Notes under the pieces: model-generated
Told to the model about the DNA's origin: nothing
The model's input: the letters and a program-made list of their open reading frames with translations, nothing else
Databases searched by the model: none
Translations under genes and position numbers: made by a program
In this document: positions 39,802-49,672 of the stretch, in pieces
How positions within the stretch are numbered: the first letter of the stretch is position 1
Layout of the letters: each line of letters opens with the position of its first letter
Origin: an uncultured delta proteobacterium
Lineage (GTDB): Bacteria; Desulfobacterota; SM23-61
Assembly (NCBI GenBank): GCA_963712535.1
Contig: CAVQIK010000012.1
Coordinates: 88,135 to 152,134, forward strand
Length of the DNA stretch: 64,000 bases
Reading direction: 5' to 3'

Positions 39802-40007
39802 TACCGGATCTTGCCGTTGGGCTTGCGGACTTTTTTCCCCAGGCAATTTCGCCGATGCCCCCCAAGATTTCCGGCATACCGGGCACCGCAACCTGAAATC
39901 GTTCTATTTCCGGCCGTCGCAAGGGCGCGCGCCGCGCGCCCCTACAACCATCAACCTACGGATTGTGATCCTAAAAATCGGAAATCTGCAATCTGCAATT
40001 AAAATCC

Positions 40008-40820
40008 CTACTCCTTCTCTTCTCTCAAATATCCCAACATCTCTTCATGCACCAACCCATTGCTCGCCAGAATGGCCCCGCTCTCCAAATGAAAGGCGCC
40101 CCCTTCCGGAGAGGTGATGAGGCCGCCTGCCTCCCGGACAATCACGATGCCGGCGGCGACATCCCATGGATAAAGGCCCCACTCCCAGTATCCTTCCAGG
40201 ATTCCTGAGGCCACATAACAAAGGGCGAGAGCCGCCGTCCCCAGGACCCTGACTTCTTGCGACGGGAACAGCAGGCGCTCGAGGGACCTCAGGACCCCGG
40301 GCGTTTGGCTCTTGTCGTAAGGCCAGCCCGTAGCCAGGAAGGATTGGCTGAGAGACTGATTCTGGGAGACCCGTATTGGTTCTCCGTTCCGAAAGGCCCC
40401 CTTGCCCGAAAGGGCCCAATATAACTCATCATCGATGGGATTATACACCATGCCGGCAAAGGGTCTTTTCTCCACCCAGTAGCCGATGGACACCGCAAAG
40501 AGATTTAATCCGTGAAAGTAATTGAGCGTTCCATCCAGAGGATCCAAGTAGATCACTTCTTCGGAAACCGCTTCATTCTCCTTTTCTTCTCCGATAATTT
40601 GAACCCCCGGAAGTTCCCGGGACAATATTCGCAGGACCGCCTCCTGAGATTTCAGGTCCGCATTGGTCACCAGGTCGGCATAGCTCGACTTGGTCTTCGC
40701 CTGAACCTTTTCCGAGCGGAAATATTCCTTGAGAATCTTTCCGCCCGCGAGCGCGGCGGCAATAAGAACTTCTTCTACCCGCTTCAGGTCTTCAGGCAAA
40801 ATTTCCTCCGGTCGGTTCAA
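40008..40820 (-). CDS. inositol monophosphatase family (SuhB/CysQ-like) phosphatase
   Basis: IIGEE, LDPLDGTLNY, WDVAAG motifs. Start uncertain (TTG 40820 or TTG 40799). Confidence 0.85.
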   Translation of the reverse strand: MNRPEEILPEDLKRVEEVLIAAALAGGKILKEYFRSEKVQAKTKSSYADLVTNADLKSQEAVLRILSRELPGVQIIGEEKENEAVSEEVIYLDPLDGTLNYFHGLNLFAVSIGYWVEKRPFAGMVYNPIDDELYWALSGKGAFRNGEPIRVSQNQSLSQSFLATGWPYDKSQTPGVLRSLERLLFPSQEVRVLGTAALALCYVASGILEGYWEWGLYPWDVAAGIVIVREAGGLITSPEGGAFHLESGAILASNGLVHEEMLGYLREEKE

Positions 40821-40897
40821 TCCTCGCGCAAGACGGGATTTTTGGGATTCCTATTTCCCCCCCACCTTCCACATTTCGCATTCCGAATTCCGCATTC

Positions 40898-41800
40898 CTA
40901 GAACCATCTGGCCCAGGCCTCCACGCTCTGCTTGTGATCGTCGATGATCTGCCCATCCGGGGCATCGAAGGCGTGCCCCAACTCAAAGATCAAATCCACC
41001 CGCTCCAGGGGAGATCCTTTTACAATCTCCACCACCCTTTGGGGATGAACGATCCCCTCTTTCGCGTGCTCGGCGGTGAACGGCCAATGATGATCCCCTT
41101 TCCCGTCCGTCTGTTGCAGGTGGACCACCGGCGTGAATGGAAGGAGCCTCTCCAGCCACTCGTGGGGGTCCCCCGGTTTCTTCAGATCGAAGGAACAGGC
41201 GTGGCCCAGGTCAAAACAGATACGGACCGGCACCCCGGCTCCCTCGTTTACCTCCCGCATCAACTCCAGCGCTTCTTCCGGTGTGTGGGGGAACTCCCTC
41301 GGGGTGGGCATCAGTTCCCACAAAAAATACTTCTGGCCGAGCCTCGCGGCCGTCCGGGTCAGCTGTCGGACGGAGTCGATTAACGTTTTGCGCAGGAATG
41401 TCCTGCGGCCCGCATTCGCGAAATCCGTCGCGCTCATCGCCCCGATGTGCCCCCCCGACGCTTCGGCGGAGAGCAAGCCGGTGACTTCCAACGCCGCTTC
41501 GAACCAGCGCCGGGCCTGATCGCGAAAATTGGAATCGGGATGGGCAAGGTGGTTCTGGGCATAGATGATGAGCCCGGTGAAAGTCGTTCTGAGAGAGAGG
41601 CCGTATCTCCTCGTCGCCTCCAAGATTTCGCGGCACAATATGCTGCGCCCCGGCTCGGGGATGGTAGGGTCCAGGAGGTCGAAAGAAAACTGCACCTCCT
41701 TTAGCCCCAAATCCTCGGAGATGATTCTGGCCCAGGCCGCCGGCTCGGGCCAGTTCTTCAGGGCAAAGCCATTGTTCACTCCCAGGACGATTTGGGCCAT
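40898..41800 (-). CDS. sugar phosphate isomerase/epimerase (xylose-isomerase-like TIM barrel, AP-endonuclease-2 family)
   Basis: 300 aa. Pattern of conserved His/Asp/Glu (CFDLGH, HLQQTDG, ELGH). GAGGGAGA RBS. Confidence 0.75.
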   Translation of the reverse strand: MAQIVLGVNNGFALKNWPEPAAWARIISEDLGLKEVQFSFDLLDPTIPEPGRSILCREILEATRRYGLSLRTTFTGLIIYAQNHLAHPDSNFRDQARRWFEAALEVTGLLSAEASGGHIGAMSATDFANAGRRTFLRKTLIDSVRQLTRTAARLGQKYFLWELMPTPREFPHTPEEALELMREVNEGAGVPVRICFDLGHACSFDLKKPGDPHEWLERLLPFTPVVHLQQTDGKGDHHWPFTAEHAKEGIVHPQRVVEIVKGSPLERVDLIFELGHAFDAPDGQIIDDHKQSVEAWARWF

Positions 41801-41840
41801 GTTTCATCTCCCTCACATCTTTCGCTGATGCAGGAAAAGG

Positions 41841-42644
41841 TTACTCCATCCACGCCCCGCCGTTCACGTGAAGCGACGTGCCGGTCATGAAGTCGGCAGC
41901 GGGAGAGGCCAGGAACAAAACCACGCCGGCCACATCCTCGGGGGTCTCCAGGCGGCGGAGCGGGGTATCCGCCACATACAGCCGCCGGACCTGTTCCTCG
42001 GAGATGGATCTCAGGCGGGCTTCCCAGCCGACCTCCCTCTCCTGCATCCCGGTTCGGACGTACCCGGGGCATACGGCATTTACCGTGATACCCAGGGGAG
42101 CCAGCTCTCCCGCCGCGGTCTGGGTCAAGCCGATCACCGCGAATTTGGAGGCGACGTATGGGGCCAGAAAGGGGGCATTGCCCCTTCTGCCGGCCATGCT
42201 GGCCAGATTGATAATTTTCCCGCGAAGTCCGCTCTTTTCCTCCGGAGCTTGCCCCGCCATCTGTCGCGCCGCCGCCTGGGTGCAGAAGAAAGTCCCTTTG
42301 GCGTTCACGTTCAAGTTAAAATTCCACTCTTCCTCGGTGACCTCCAGGAATGGAGTCATCGTGCTGACCCCGGCGTTGTTCACCCACACATCCAGGCGGC
42401 CCCATTCTTCGACAACTCGTTCCACCGCCGCTTGGGATTCGGCCCTTCGGGTCACATCCAGTTTCACGGCTCTGGATTCACCCCCCCGGCCTTCAATCTC
42501 CCCGGCAACCCTTCCCGCCGAATCCGGGTCGAGGTCCGAGACCAGCACCCGGGCTCCCGATCCGGCCAGAGCCAGCGCGATCGCCCTCCCGATCCCTGAA
42601 CCCGCGCCGGTCACCGCCGCGATCTTCTTTTCCAGAGATTTCAT
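41841..42644 (-). CDS. short-chain dehydrogenase/reductase (FabG / sorbitol-type SDR)
   Basis: TGAGSGIGRAIA, NNAG, Y..SK (YVASKFAV), PGYVRT. Start at MKSLEKK. Confidence 0.9.
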   Translation of the reverse strand: MKSLEKKIAAVTGAGSGIGRAIALALAGSGARVLVSDLDPDSAGRVAGEIEGRGGESRAVKLDVTRRAESQAAVERVVEEWGRLDVWVNNAGVSTMTPFLEVTEEEWNFNLNVNAKGTFFCTQAAARQMAGQAPEEKSGLRGKIINLASMAGRRGNAPFLAPYVASKFAVIGLTQTAAGELAPLGITVNAVCPGYVRTGMQEREVGWEARLRSISEEQVRRLYVADTPLRRLETPEDVAGVVLFLASPAADFMTGTSLHVNGGAWME

Positions 42645-42821
42645 CTTCCGACCCCCACCCGGTGGGACCCACAAAATGTACCCGTTTGGGCTTTTGAAAA
42701 AGCATTCCGAAAATCAGGTAGGGCCTGATCCCTGATCAGGTCACGCCGTAGCGTGATTGGTTCGGGAACGCACCCTACCGTTGCCCAGCTGGTTTTCTAT
42801 TCGCCAATTATGCCCTGCTTC

Positions 42822-42975
42822 GTAACTGTTAAACTAATGAAAAATAGAGTTCCAAGATGCCAGGAACCCCCAGAAATCCCCCTCAATCCCCCTTTTCCAA
42901 AGGGGGAGACTATTTTCCTCCCTTTATGAAAGGGAGGCTGGGAGGGATTTCTGCGATGGCTAAACAATTTCCCTT
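42822..42975 (-). repeat. family-A nested-hairpin repeat, copy A3 (inverted)
   Basis: Reverse complement aligns with A1/A2 by eye. GTAACTGTTAAAC on the left and GGCTAAACAATTT on the right form terminal inverted repeats. Confidence 0.8.
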
Positions 42976-42984
42976 CTTCTCATC

Positions 42985-44481
42985 TTAGATGACTACCGCC
43001 TTGTGCAGGACTTGAAAGTTATCTTTCAAGGATTCGTAAAGGTCACGGTAAACCCCAAAGAGCCGCTGGTACACCTTATGCGCTTGCGGGTCCGGTCGGA
43101 CCACGGCAGATATCTCGATGAACCTCTCGATCTCCCCCCAGTCTTTGAACTGGCCCGTCCCCATTCCGGCCACGAACGCGGCTCCCATGGACGAACCGGG
43201 GTGGTGAGCCACCTCCTCCAGGGGGATTCCCAGGACATCGGCGGTTACCTGTTTCCAGAGAGCGGACCGGGCCCCGCCGTTGGTAACCCTCGCCCTCTTT
43301 GCCCGCAGGTTTCGCTCGGCCAGCACCGCAAGGTGGTGCTGAAAGCCGTAAGCGATCCCCTCGAGGATCGCCCGGTAGACATGCCCCCGGGTGTGCCTCA
43401 GGGTGAGCCCGAACAGGACCCCCCTTGCCAGGGGGTCGTTTATGGGTGTCTTCTCGCCCAGAAAATAGGGAAGGAGGACCAGGCCGTCGCTTCCCGGCGG
43501 CACGGAACTTCCTTCGGCGTCCAGGGCGGGATAGTCCGCATCGGGGGCGAACTGGGTCCGGAACCACTTGATGATGCTCCCGCTCGCGGCCATGCAGCCG
43601 TTGATCAGGTATTTTCCCGGGATCACATGATAATCCAGAAAGAGCCGGGGGTCCACCAGGAGTTCATCCAGGTCATAAAGGATGTCTCCCGCCCCGCCCA
43701 GCTTCACCAGCAGATCCCCGGGGGATTTCACTCCGGCGGAGAAAGCCGAAGCGATGTGGTCTGCGCTCCCGGCCACCACCGGAGTGCCTTCCGCCAGTCC
43801 CGTGTGGCGCGCCGCTTCGGAGGTCACTTCTCCCGCAATCTCGGCAGGCCAGTGAACCTGCCCCAGCCATTCACGGGGGGCAGTGCTCAGGGTCAACAGA
43901 TGGTCATCCCAGTCCTGCCGCCGCAGGTCGAAAAGGCCGCTCTCCAGCGCCCAGTTCCGCTCGCAGGAGAATGACCCGGTCAGCCGGTGGACGATGTAGT
44001 CGTAGGAGCCCATCAGGTGGGCCGCTTTTGAAATGCATTCCGGCTCGTTCCGGCGGAGCCACAGGAGCTTGGGACCGATGCTCTGCTGGGTCACGGCGCT
44101 GCCGGTCCGCTGAAGGAGATCGTTCTCGTCGACCTGTTTTCGGAACGCCTGAATCTCCTCGAAAGACCTGGCGTCATTCTGCTGAATGGAAGGCCGGAGA
44201 ACGTTGCCCCGTCCGTCCAGCAGGATGAGGGTGGGCACCATTCCGCTGACCCCCACCCCGGCGACTGCATCTTTCCCGACCCCCGCTTTCAGGAAGCACT
44301 TCCGGGTGACCTCGCCCACATTCCTCCACCACTCCTCCGGGTCTTCCTCGGCCCAACCTGCCCTGCGGGAGATGAGCTGGGCCGGCGCCTCTGCTTCTGC
44401 CACGATCCCGCGGCCGGGATGGAGCAAGATCCCCTTGGTAGCCGTCGTCCCGATGTCAATTCCCAGGAGGTATTGGTCCAT
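42985..44481 (-). CDS. FGGY-family carbohydrate kinase (xylulokinase/gluconokinase-like)
   Basis: LLGIDIGTTATKG start, GSYDYIVHRLTG, GGGARSALW. Start at MDQYLLG (44481). Confidence 0.9.
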   Translation of the reverse strand: MDQYLLGIDIGTTATKGILLHPGRGIVAEAEAPAQLISRRAGWAEEDPEEWWRNVGEVTRKCFLKAGVGKDAVAGVGVSGMVPTLILLDGRGNVLRPSIQQNDARSFEEIQAFRKQVDENDLLQRTGSAVTQQSIGPKLLWLRRNEPECISKAAHLMGSYDYIVHRLTGSFSCERNWALESGLFDLRRQDWDDHLLTLSTAPREWLGQVHWPAEIAGEVTSEAARHTGLAEGTPVVAGSADHIASAFSAGVKSPGDLLVKLGGAGDILYDLDELLVDPRLFLDYHVIPGKYLINGCMAASGSIIKWFRTQFAPDADYPALDAEGSSVPPGSDGLVLLPYFLGEKTPINDPLARGVLFGLTLRHTRGHVYRAILEGIAYGFQHHLAVLAERNLRAKRARVTNGGARSALWKQVTADVLGIPLEEVAHHPGSSMGAAFVAGMGTGQFKDWGEIERFIEISAVVRPDPQAHKVYQRLFGVYRDLYESLKDNFQVLHKAVVI

Positions 44482-44602
44482 AAGAAACAAGAAATCAAAT
44501 GGCAAAGAAAACGCTGAATGCCGTTTAAAGACAATTTTTGATTTTTGCTCTTTGCCTTTTGCCTTTTGATGTTTTTCATCTCTTTCTAGATCTTTGTTGC
44601 GG

Positions 44603-45433
44603 CTATGCCGCACTGTGGTTAATTTTTTTGCGGACTTCGTTCACCGCTTCCATGAACGCCTTCACCCTGACTGGATCAACCGGGTTCCAGGTGTGCCCCT
44701 CTTCTTTCAGGCTGGAGCCGACGATGACCCCGTTGGCCACGGACAAGAACCTCTGGATGTTGTCCGCCCGGGCGCCGGTGTTGAGAAAAACCGGGACCTC
44801 CTGGCCGACCGCATCTTTGGCCTCTTTTAACCAGGACAGATCCGGCTCGGAGCCCGCCATCACCCCCGAGATGAGAACCACATCCAGGAGCGAGGAGACT
44901 ACCGCGCTCTTCGCCCGCTGGCCTACGCTTCGATTTCCCAGGGGAGATGCAAATTCGGGGGTGATATTGCCGAAGATTTTTACATTTTCGGCGTCAATTT
45001 CTTTCCGGTAGCGGTAGATCGCGGCCGGGTCGGGAGCCCACAGCCCCATATCACTTTCATAAACCCCGGTGACCACTTCCCGGATGAATGCCGCTCCGGT
45101 GGCTTTGGCAATCGCCAGCGGCGCCCTGGCATCCCAGAGAAAATCGACTCCGAAAGGGACTTCCGTGGGACGAAGCTCGGTGATCACCCGGGACATAACG
45201 GCAACCGCCTCCAGGTCCGCCTTCAGGGAATACGGGCGGTCATCTTCATTGCAAAAGAGGATCCCGTCCACCCCGCCGTTCAGAAGGTGGAGAATATCCT
45301 GACGCACGCGGTCAACGATCCCCTCCACCCCGCGGGAAGCGTCATAGCGGGGCGTCCCCGGGAGGGCGGGGATATGGGCCATGGCGATGACCGGTTTGGT
45401 GACCCCGAACAATTTCTGCAGCAGCTCCGGCAT
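44603..45433 (-). CDS. BtpA/SgcQ-family TIM-barrel protein
   Basis: PVIAMAHIPALPGTPRY..GVDGILFCNEDDRPY matches the BtpA family pattern. AAGGAGG sits 7 nt before ATG 45433. The listed longer ORF runs into repeat A2. Confidence 0.75.
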   Translation of the reverse strand: MPELLQKLFGVTKPVIAMAHIPALPGTPRYDASRGVEGIVDRVRQDILHLLNGGVDGILFCNEDDRPYSLKADLEAVAVMSRVITELRPTEVPFGVDFLWDARAPLAIAKATGAAFIREVVTGVYESDMGLWAPDPAAIYRYRKEIDAENVKIFGNITPEFASPLGNRSVGQRAKSAVVSSLLDVVLISGVMAGSEPDLSWLKEAKDAVGQEVPVFLNTGARADNIQRFLSVANGVIVGSSLKEEGHTWNPVDPVRVKAFMEAVNEVRKKINHSAA

Positions 45434-45506
45434 GAACACCTCCTTAGATCCGTTCGTCAGATCAAAGCCTGTCATTCCTGACTTTGCATTTTGTATCAAT
45501 TTAGCG

Positions 45507-45655
45507 GTTTGAAAAGAGTTCCCAGAAATCCCTCCCAACCTCCCTTTTCCAAAGGGAGGAGATATAATTTCCCCCTTTGAAAAAGGGGGATTAAGGGGGA
45601 TTTCTGAGGATTCCTGGCAATTTTGGAACTCTTTTCAGAGGGCTAAACAGTTACC
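45507..45655 (+). repeat. family-A nested-hairpin repeat, copy A2
   Basis: Near-identical to A1 over about 150 nt, including GGCTAAACAGTTAC. A further GGTAAACAGTTAC lies at about 45703-45715. Confidence 0.85.
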
Positions 45656-45925
45656 GTATTTTAAATTGCCCTTTGAACAAAAGCTTAGCCGCTCGGTCAG
45701 GGGGGTAAACAGTTACTGGAGATCCATTTTTTTGCCTATTTTGTAATTTTATCCAAATTTTTTATTTAACCGTAAATAATAATAACATATTCTTTAAATG
45801 GAATATAAAAGAGCAGACCGCAGACCGCTGACTGCCGCCATTCAATTCTCGCCTGGCGGCATTCTTTGGTCGTCCGTCGGCGGCCGGGTTCTGCTCGAGT
45901 GTCCATCTTTAAAGGAGGCATCTGG

Positions 45926-47260
45926 ATGAATTCCCGGGAAAGAGTGAAAAAAGCGATTTCCCACGAACTGCCGGACAAGGTCCCTTTTGACCTGGGGAGC
46001 ACGACCGTCACCGGCATCCACGCTATTGCCTACGGAAACCTGAAACGGGCCTTCAAACTGCAAGGCGGGATGACGAAAGTATACGAACCATTTCAAATGC
46101 TCGCTGAAGTGGAAGATTCGGTGAGAAAAGCCCTGGGGGTTGATACGTTCGGGATTCAGCTCCCCTACACTCCATTCGGGTTCAAGAACGAGGATTGGAA
46201 AACCTGGAAGATGCCGGACGGCACCGAGGTCCTCGTTTCCGGCCATTTCACCTTCGACCTGGATCGCGACGGGTCGATCCTCCTTTACCCCCAGGGAGAC
46301 CGGAGCGTCCCGCCTTCGGGAAGAATGCCCAAGGACGGGTTCTATTTTGACAACGTCATCCGGCAGCCCCCTCTTCGCGAAAGAGACCTCGACCCCAGAG
46401 AGTGGGTTAAGCAAACCTACTTCCTCTATACGGACGAAGACCTGCGGTACCTCGAGAAGCTCGCCGCCTGGGCCTACGGGGAGACCGAATACTCCCTGGT
46501 GGGCATCCTGCCGGAGGGCTCCCTCGGGGATATCGCCGTCGTCCCCGGGCCGCACATAAAATCTCCGAAAGGAGTCCGGGACCCCCAGGAGTGGTACGTC
46601 TCTTTTCTGAAGAGGAAAAATTACCTCCAGGATATCTTCGGCTACCAAACCGAATTGGCCCTGAAGAATTTGAAAGGCTTTCATGAAGCCGTCGGCGGCC
46701 GGATCGACGTTCTCGACGTAAGCGAGGCCGATTTCGGGACCCAGGAAGGGCCGCTCTTATCCCCGAAGCTCTTCCGGGAACTGTTCAAACCCTTCTTCCG
46801 GGAGATGAACGACTGGGTCCACAAGAACACCCCCTGGAAAACGTTCTACCACAGCTGCGGCTCCGTCGCCGAGCTGCTGGAAGATTTTATCGAAATGGGA
46901 GCGGACATTATCAACCCGATCCAGTACCGGGCCGCCGGCATGGATCTCGAATTTTTAAAAAAAGAATACGGAGACAGAATCGTATTCTGGGGAGGGGCGG
47001 TGGAGACCCAGCGGATTCTCCCCTTCGGGAGCCCGGAAGAGGTGAGGGATGAGGTGATCAAGAACCTGGAAATCCTTTCCCAAAAAGGAGGATATGTTTT
47101 CGCCTCCATTCACAACATCCAGCCCGATGTGCCAGGCCAGAACTTGAAAGCTATGATCGAAACTTTTAACGAGTGGAGAGAGCCCGGAAGATTCGCAGGT
47201 CGAAGCGGTGTTGAAGCTTTTCAAAAAGGGAATAAGGCGCCGGAGGAGGGAGCAAAATGA
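45926..47260 (+). CDS. uroporphyrinogen-decarboxylase (URO-D) superfamily protein (MtaA/CmuA-like fold), function unknown
   Basis: N-terminal RERVKKAISHELPDKVPFDLG and C-terminal HSCGSV...GADIINPIQ resemble URO-D-family members. AAAGGAGG RBS before ATG 45926. Confidence 0.7.
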   Translation: MNSRERVKKAISHELPDKVPFDLGSTTVTGIHAIAYGNLKRAFKLQGGMTKVYEPFQMLAEVEDSVRKALGVDTFGIQLPYTPFGFKNEDWKTWKMPDGTEVLVSGHFTFDLDRDGSILLYPQGDRSVPPSGRMPKDGFYFDNVIRQPPLRERDLDPREWVKQTYFLYTDEDLRYLEKLAAWAYGETEYSLVGILPEGSLGDIAVVPGPHIKSPKGVRDPQEWYVSFLKRKNYLQDIFGYQTELALKNLKGFHEAVGGRIDVLDVSEADFGTQEGPLLSPKLFRELFKPFFREMNDWVHKNTPWKTFYHSCGSVAELLEDFIEMGADIINPIQYRAAGMDLEFLKKEYGDRIVFWGGAVETQRILPFGSPEEVRDEVIKNLEILSQKGGYVFASIHNIQPDVPGQNLKAMIETFNEWREPGRFAGRSGVEAFQKGNKAPEEGAK

Positions 47261-48267
47261 AAGAACCCCGTTTTGCTGTCTGCAGGCCGGAGGATTTCAA
47301 GAGATACTGGGATGGCGTGTTGGATACCGTCCGGAAGTTCGATCCCGAACCTCGCATTGAAAAGTGGGAGCAGGAGGACCCGAACTTCGAAGATGAGTAC
47401 ATCCTGGATGGTCCGGTGCGGGGACCGGGCAAGCAACCGCAGGAAGTTAACCCTTTCGATTTCCGCTGGGACAGCCACGTCATCATCACCGGCCTGACGG
47501 TGAAAAGGGTACGCTTTGCTTCCTACGACGGCCAGGAAGTGGGCGGCCTGCTGCAGCAGCCGCGCTACTCCCGAAAAGAGCATTTCCCCGGGATCGTCCA
47601 TTTTGCCGGGTACGGGGGCGAAGTGCTCATCGATTCCGATTTCGTAAGCTCCGGTTACTCGGTCTTCAATTTTTCCCACCGCGGCATGCTCCTGGGCAGC
47701 AGGAACTTCGACCGTTATTCCCCGACCCCCCTTTTAGTGCGCCACATCGAAGACCCGGACCGCTACATTTACCGGTCCATCGTCATCGATTCCCTTCTCG
47801 CACTGAAGGCCATGGCCAAGCTGGGAAACGTCGACCCCCGGCGCGTGGCCGTTTTGGGGACGAGCCAGGGCGGGGCTCTGGCAGTCATAACCGCCGCGCT
47901 GGATGCTCAGGTCCGGGCGGCAGCCTGCGACCTTCCCTGGCTGACCGATTTTGAGTACCTGGTCGAACATCCCCTGGAAGGCCCGAACAACGAACTGAAA
48001 GAATTTTTGACAAGGTTCCCGGAAAAAGCGAATGCCGCGGCCCGCACCCTCGGGTACTTCGACGCCCTCTCGTTCGCGGAGCAAATTGAAAAACCGGTAT
48101 TGGTGTCCCTGGGGCAGGAAGACCATCTCGCCCCCCCTCCCGCCGTGAGGAAGCTTTTTGAACGAATTCCGTCGGTGAAACTTCTCCTGGAGATCCCCGG
48201 AATGGGCCATGAAAGAAGCACCCTCTTCCGCAACCTGGCGCAGAAATGGTTTGATTTTTTCGTTTGA
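47257..48267 (+). CDS. acetyl xylan esterase / cephalosporin-C deacetylase family (AXE1, alpha/beta hydrolase)
   Basis: DF..YW N-terminus, GTSQGGALAV nucleophile elbow, C-terminal GH. Its ATG overlaps the upstream stop (ATGA). Confidence 0.8.
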   Translation: MKEPRFAVCRPEDFKRYWDGVLDTVRKFDPEPRIEKWEQEDPNFEDEYILDGPVRGPGKQPQEVNPFDFRWDSHVIITGLTVKRVRFASYDGQEVGGLLQQPRYSRKEHFPGIVHFAGYGGEVLIDSDFVSSGYSVFNFSHRGMLLGSRNFDRYSPTPLLVRHIEDPDRYIYRSIVIDSLLALKAMAKLGNVDPRRVAVLGTSQGGALAVITAALDAQVRAAACDLPWLTDFEYLVEHPLEGPNNELKEFLTRFPEKANAAARTLGYFDALSFAEQIEKPVLVSLGQEDHLAPPPAVRKLFERIPSVKLLLEIPGMGHERSTLFRNLAQKWFDFFV

Positions 48268-48307
48268 TTTTGGTTTCATTTATCGCTGCCTCTGCTTCAA
48301 CCTAAAA

Positions 48308-48458
48308 CTATAGTGCCCGACGAAAGAAAGTGGACATTGCATGTTAGGCAATCCCGGTAAATCCCCCCACCCCCCCTTTGTCAAAGGGGGGCAAGGGGGG
48401 ATTTTGCGGGTCAACCAGAGGCCAACAGCATGTCAACTTATTTAAGTCGTTCAATATA
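48308..48458 (-). mobile_element. family-B MITE-like palindromic element, copy B1
   Basis: 151 bp. Reverse complement is nearly identical to 61799..61949. Termini are CTATAGTGCCCGAC / GTCGTTCAATATA. Central hairpin AAATCCCCCCACCCCCCCTTTGTCAAAGGGGGGCAAGGGGGGATTT. Confidence 0.8.
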
Positions 48459-48478
48459 ATAATGATTGGGAGGTCATC

Positions 48479-49202
48479 ATGAAAGCGGGAGAGACTGGGC
48501 TTACCCAGAAACTGGAGAAGTTTTCTCGAAAAGGGGGTGCGGACCTTTTCGGCGTGGCCGACCTGGGTTTGGCCGTCGATTTCATCGCTTCTCAATGCCC
48601 TTCCTGGGTCGGAGCTTTCCCCCGGGCCGTTTCGCTGGGTATGCAGGTCAACGCTGGAATCGCCGAGCAGCACGATCCCAACGAGCCGCGCCATCTCAGC
48701 ATGTACTGGTTCCATGTGTACGAGGTCGTCTCCCCGGCGCTGAACTTCCTGGCTTACGATACGGCCCGCTGGCTCACCGCCAAGGGCTTCAAGGCTTTCC
48801 CGATCCCGGCCTCCATGCCTTATGATCCCGGCAAAGCTCATGGGCGTCTTCTCCCACAAGCTCGGCGCCCACCTCGCCGGCCTGGGATGGATCGGAAAGA
48901 GCTGTCTTCTCCTCACCGACCGGTTCGGCCCCCGGGTCCGCTTTGTCTCCGTGCTCACCGACGCTCCCCTGGAAACGGGCTCCCCCCTGGACCGGCCCTG
49001 CGGAAAATGCCGCGCCTGCGTAGACGCTTGCCCGGCGAAAGCGTTCACCGGAGCCGAATTTCACCCGGAAGAGCCGCGCGAGGTCCGGTTCGACGTTTTC
49101 AAATGCAGCGAATTCCGTAAAGGGCACCCCTGCGGGGTTTGCGTCTCCACCTGCCCCCGGGGAAAACGGTCCCGCAACTCCGGAAAAGGGGTTTCCGGAT
49201 AG
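48479..49202 (+). pseudogene. QueG-like / reductive-dehalogenase-related 4Fe-4S protein, one frameshift
   Basis: N-part ORF 48479.. ends in nonsense. It continues in another frame as AKLMGVFSHKLGAHLAGLGWIGKSCLLLT...CGKCRACVDACP...CGVCVSTCP. Extra base near 48829. Confidence 0.55.
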
Positions 49203-49275
49203 GCGGTTTTTGGGGAAAATCGGGAGAACGGAGGCTAGCGGCGGGAGGTTTGGAACGGGAGATCAGGAGTTATGC

Positions 49276-49506
49276 TCACGGGGACGTTGTCTTTTTTTTA
49301 CCTTCTTTTTTCTTAATCACTTCCAGTCCGTAATTCTCTTTCATGTAGCGCTCGAAATCTCTCAGGTACTCCTTGAGCAGGGACTGCTCTTTCACGCCCA
49401 TAGTCCTCAACTGGATCAATATATCCCGTCTTGATAACATGATGAAAAGATTAAAAGCAAAACACGCGCCAGCTTTCTCAACGTGAAACCAATCGTTTTT
49501 ATTCAT
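49276..49506 (-). CDS. hypothetical small protein
   Basis: AT-richer ORF (MNKNDWFHV...KEYLRDFERYMKENYGLEVIKKKEGKKK) with GGAGGAAG 11 nt upstream. No family recognised. Confidence 0.25.
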   Translation of the reverse strand: MNKNDWFHVEKAGACFAFNLFIMLSRRDILIQLRTMGVKEQSLLKEYLRDFERYMKENYGLEVIKKKEGKKKTTSP

Positions 49507-49672
49507 GTTTTGAAAACTTCCTCCGGGAATCCTTCCGTGTAAGGATACGGATTTCACTTTTTTCCCCCCTTTTTTTCCCTTTCTCAGCCTGAGGATTCAA
49601 AGCTGATGCCCCAGAATCCGCGGGATCAGACCGGCATCCAAATGTCAGTTGCATATAGATGGGAAAAGGATC

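Noticed and set aside
39930-40000. GC palindrome GGGCGCGCGCCGCGCGCCC and the tandem AATCTGC AATCTGC between the convergent oppF-like and IMPase genes, considered as a bidirectional terminator or micro-repeat of interest
   Set aside because: The stem has a 3-nt loop and no flanking T/A runs. The tandem is only two and a half units. This is too little evidence for either claim.
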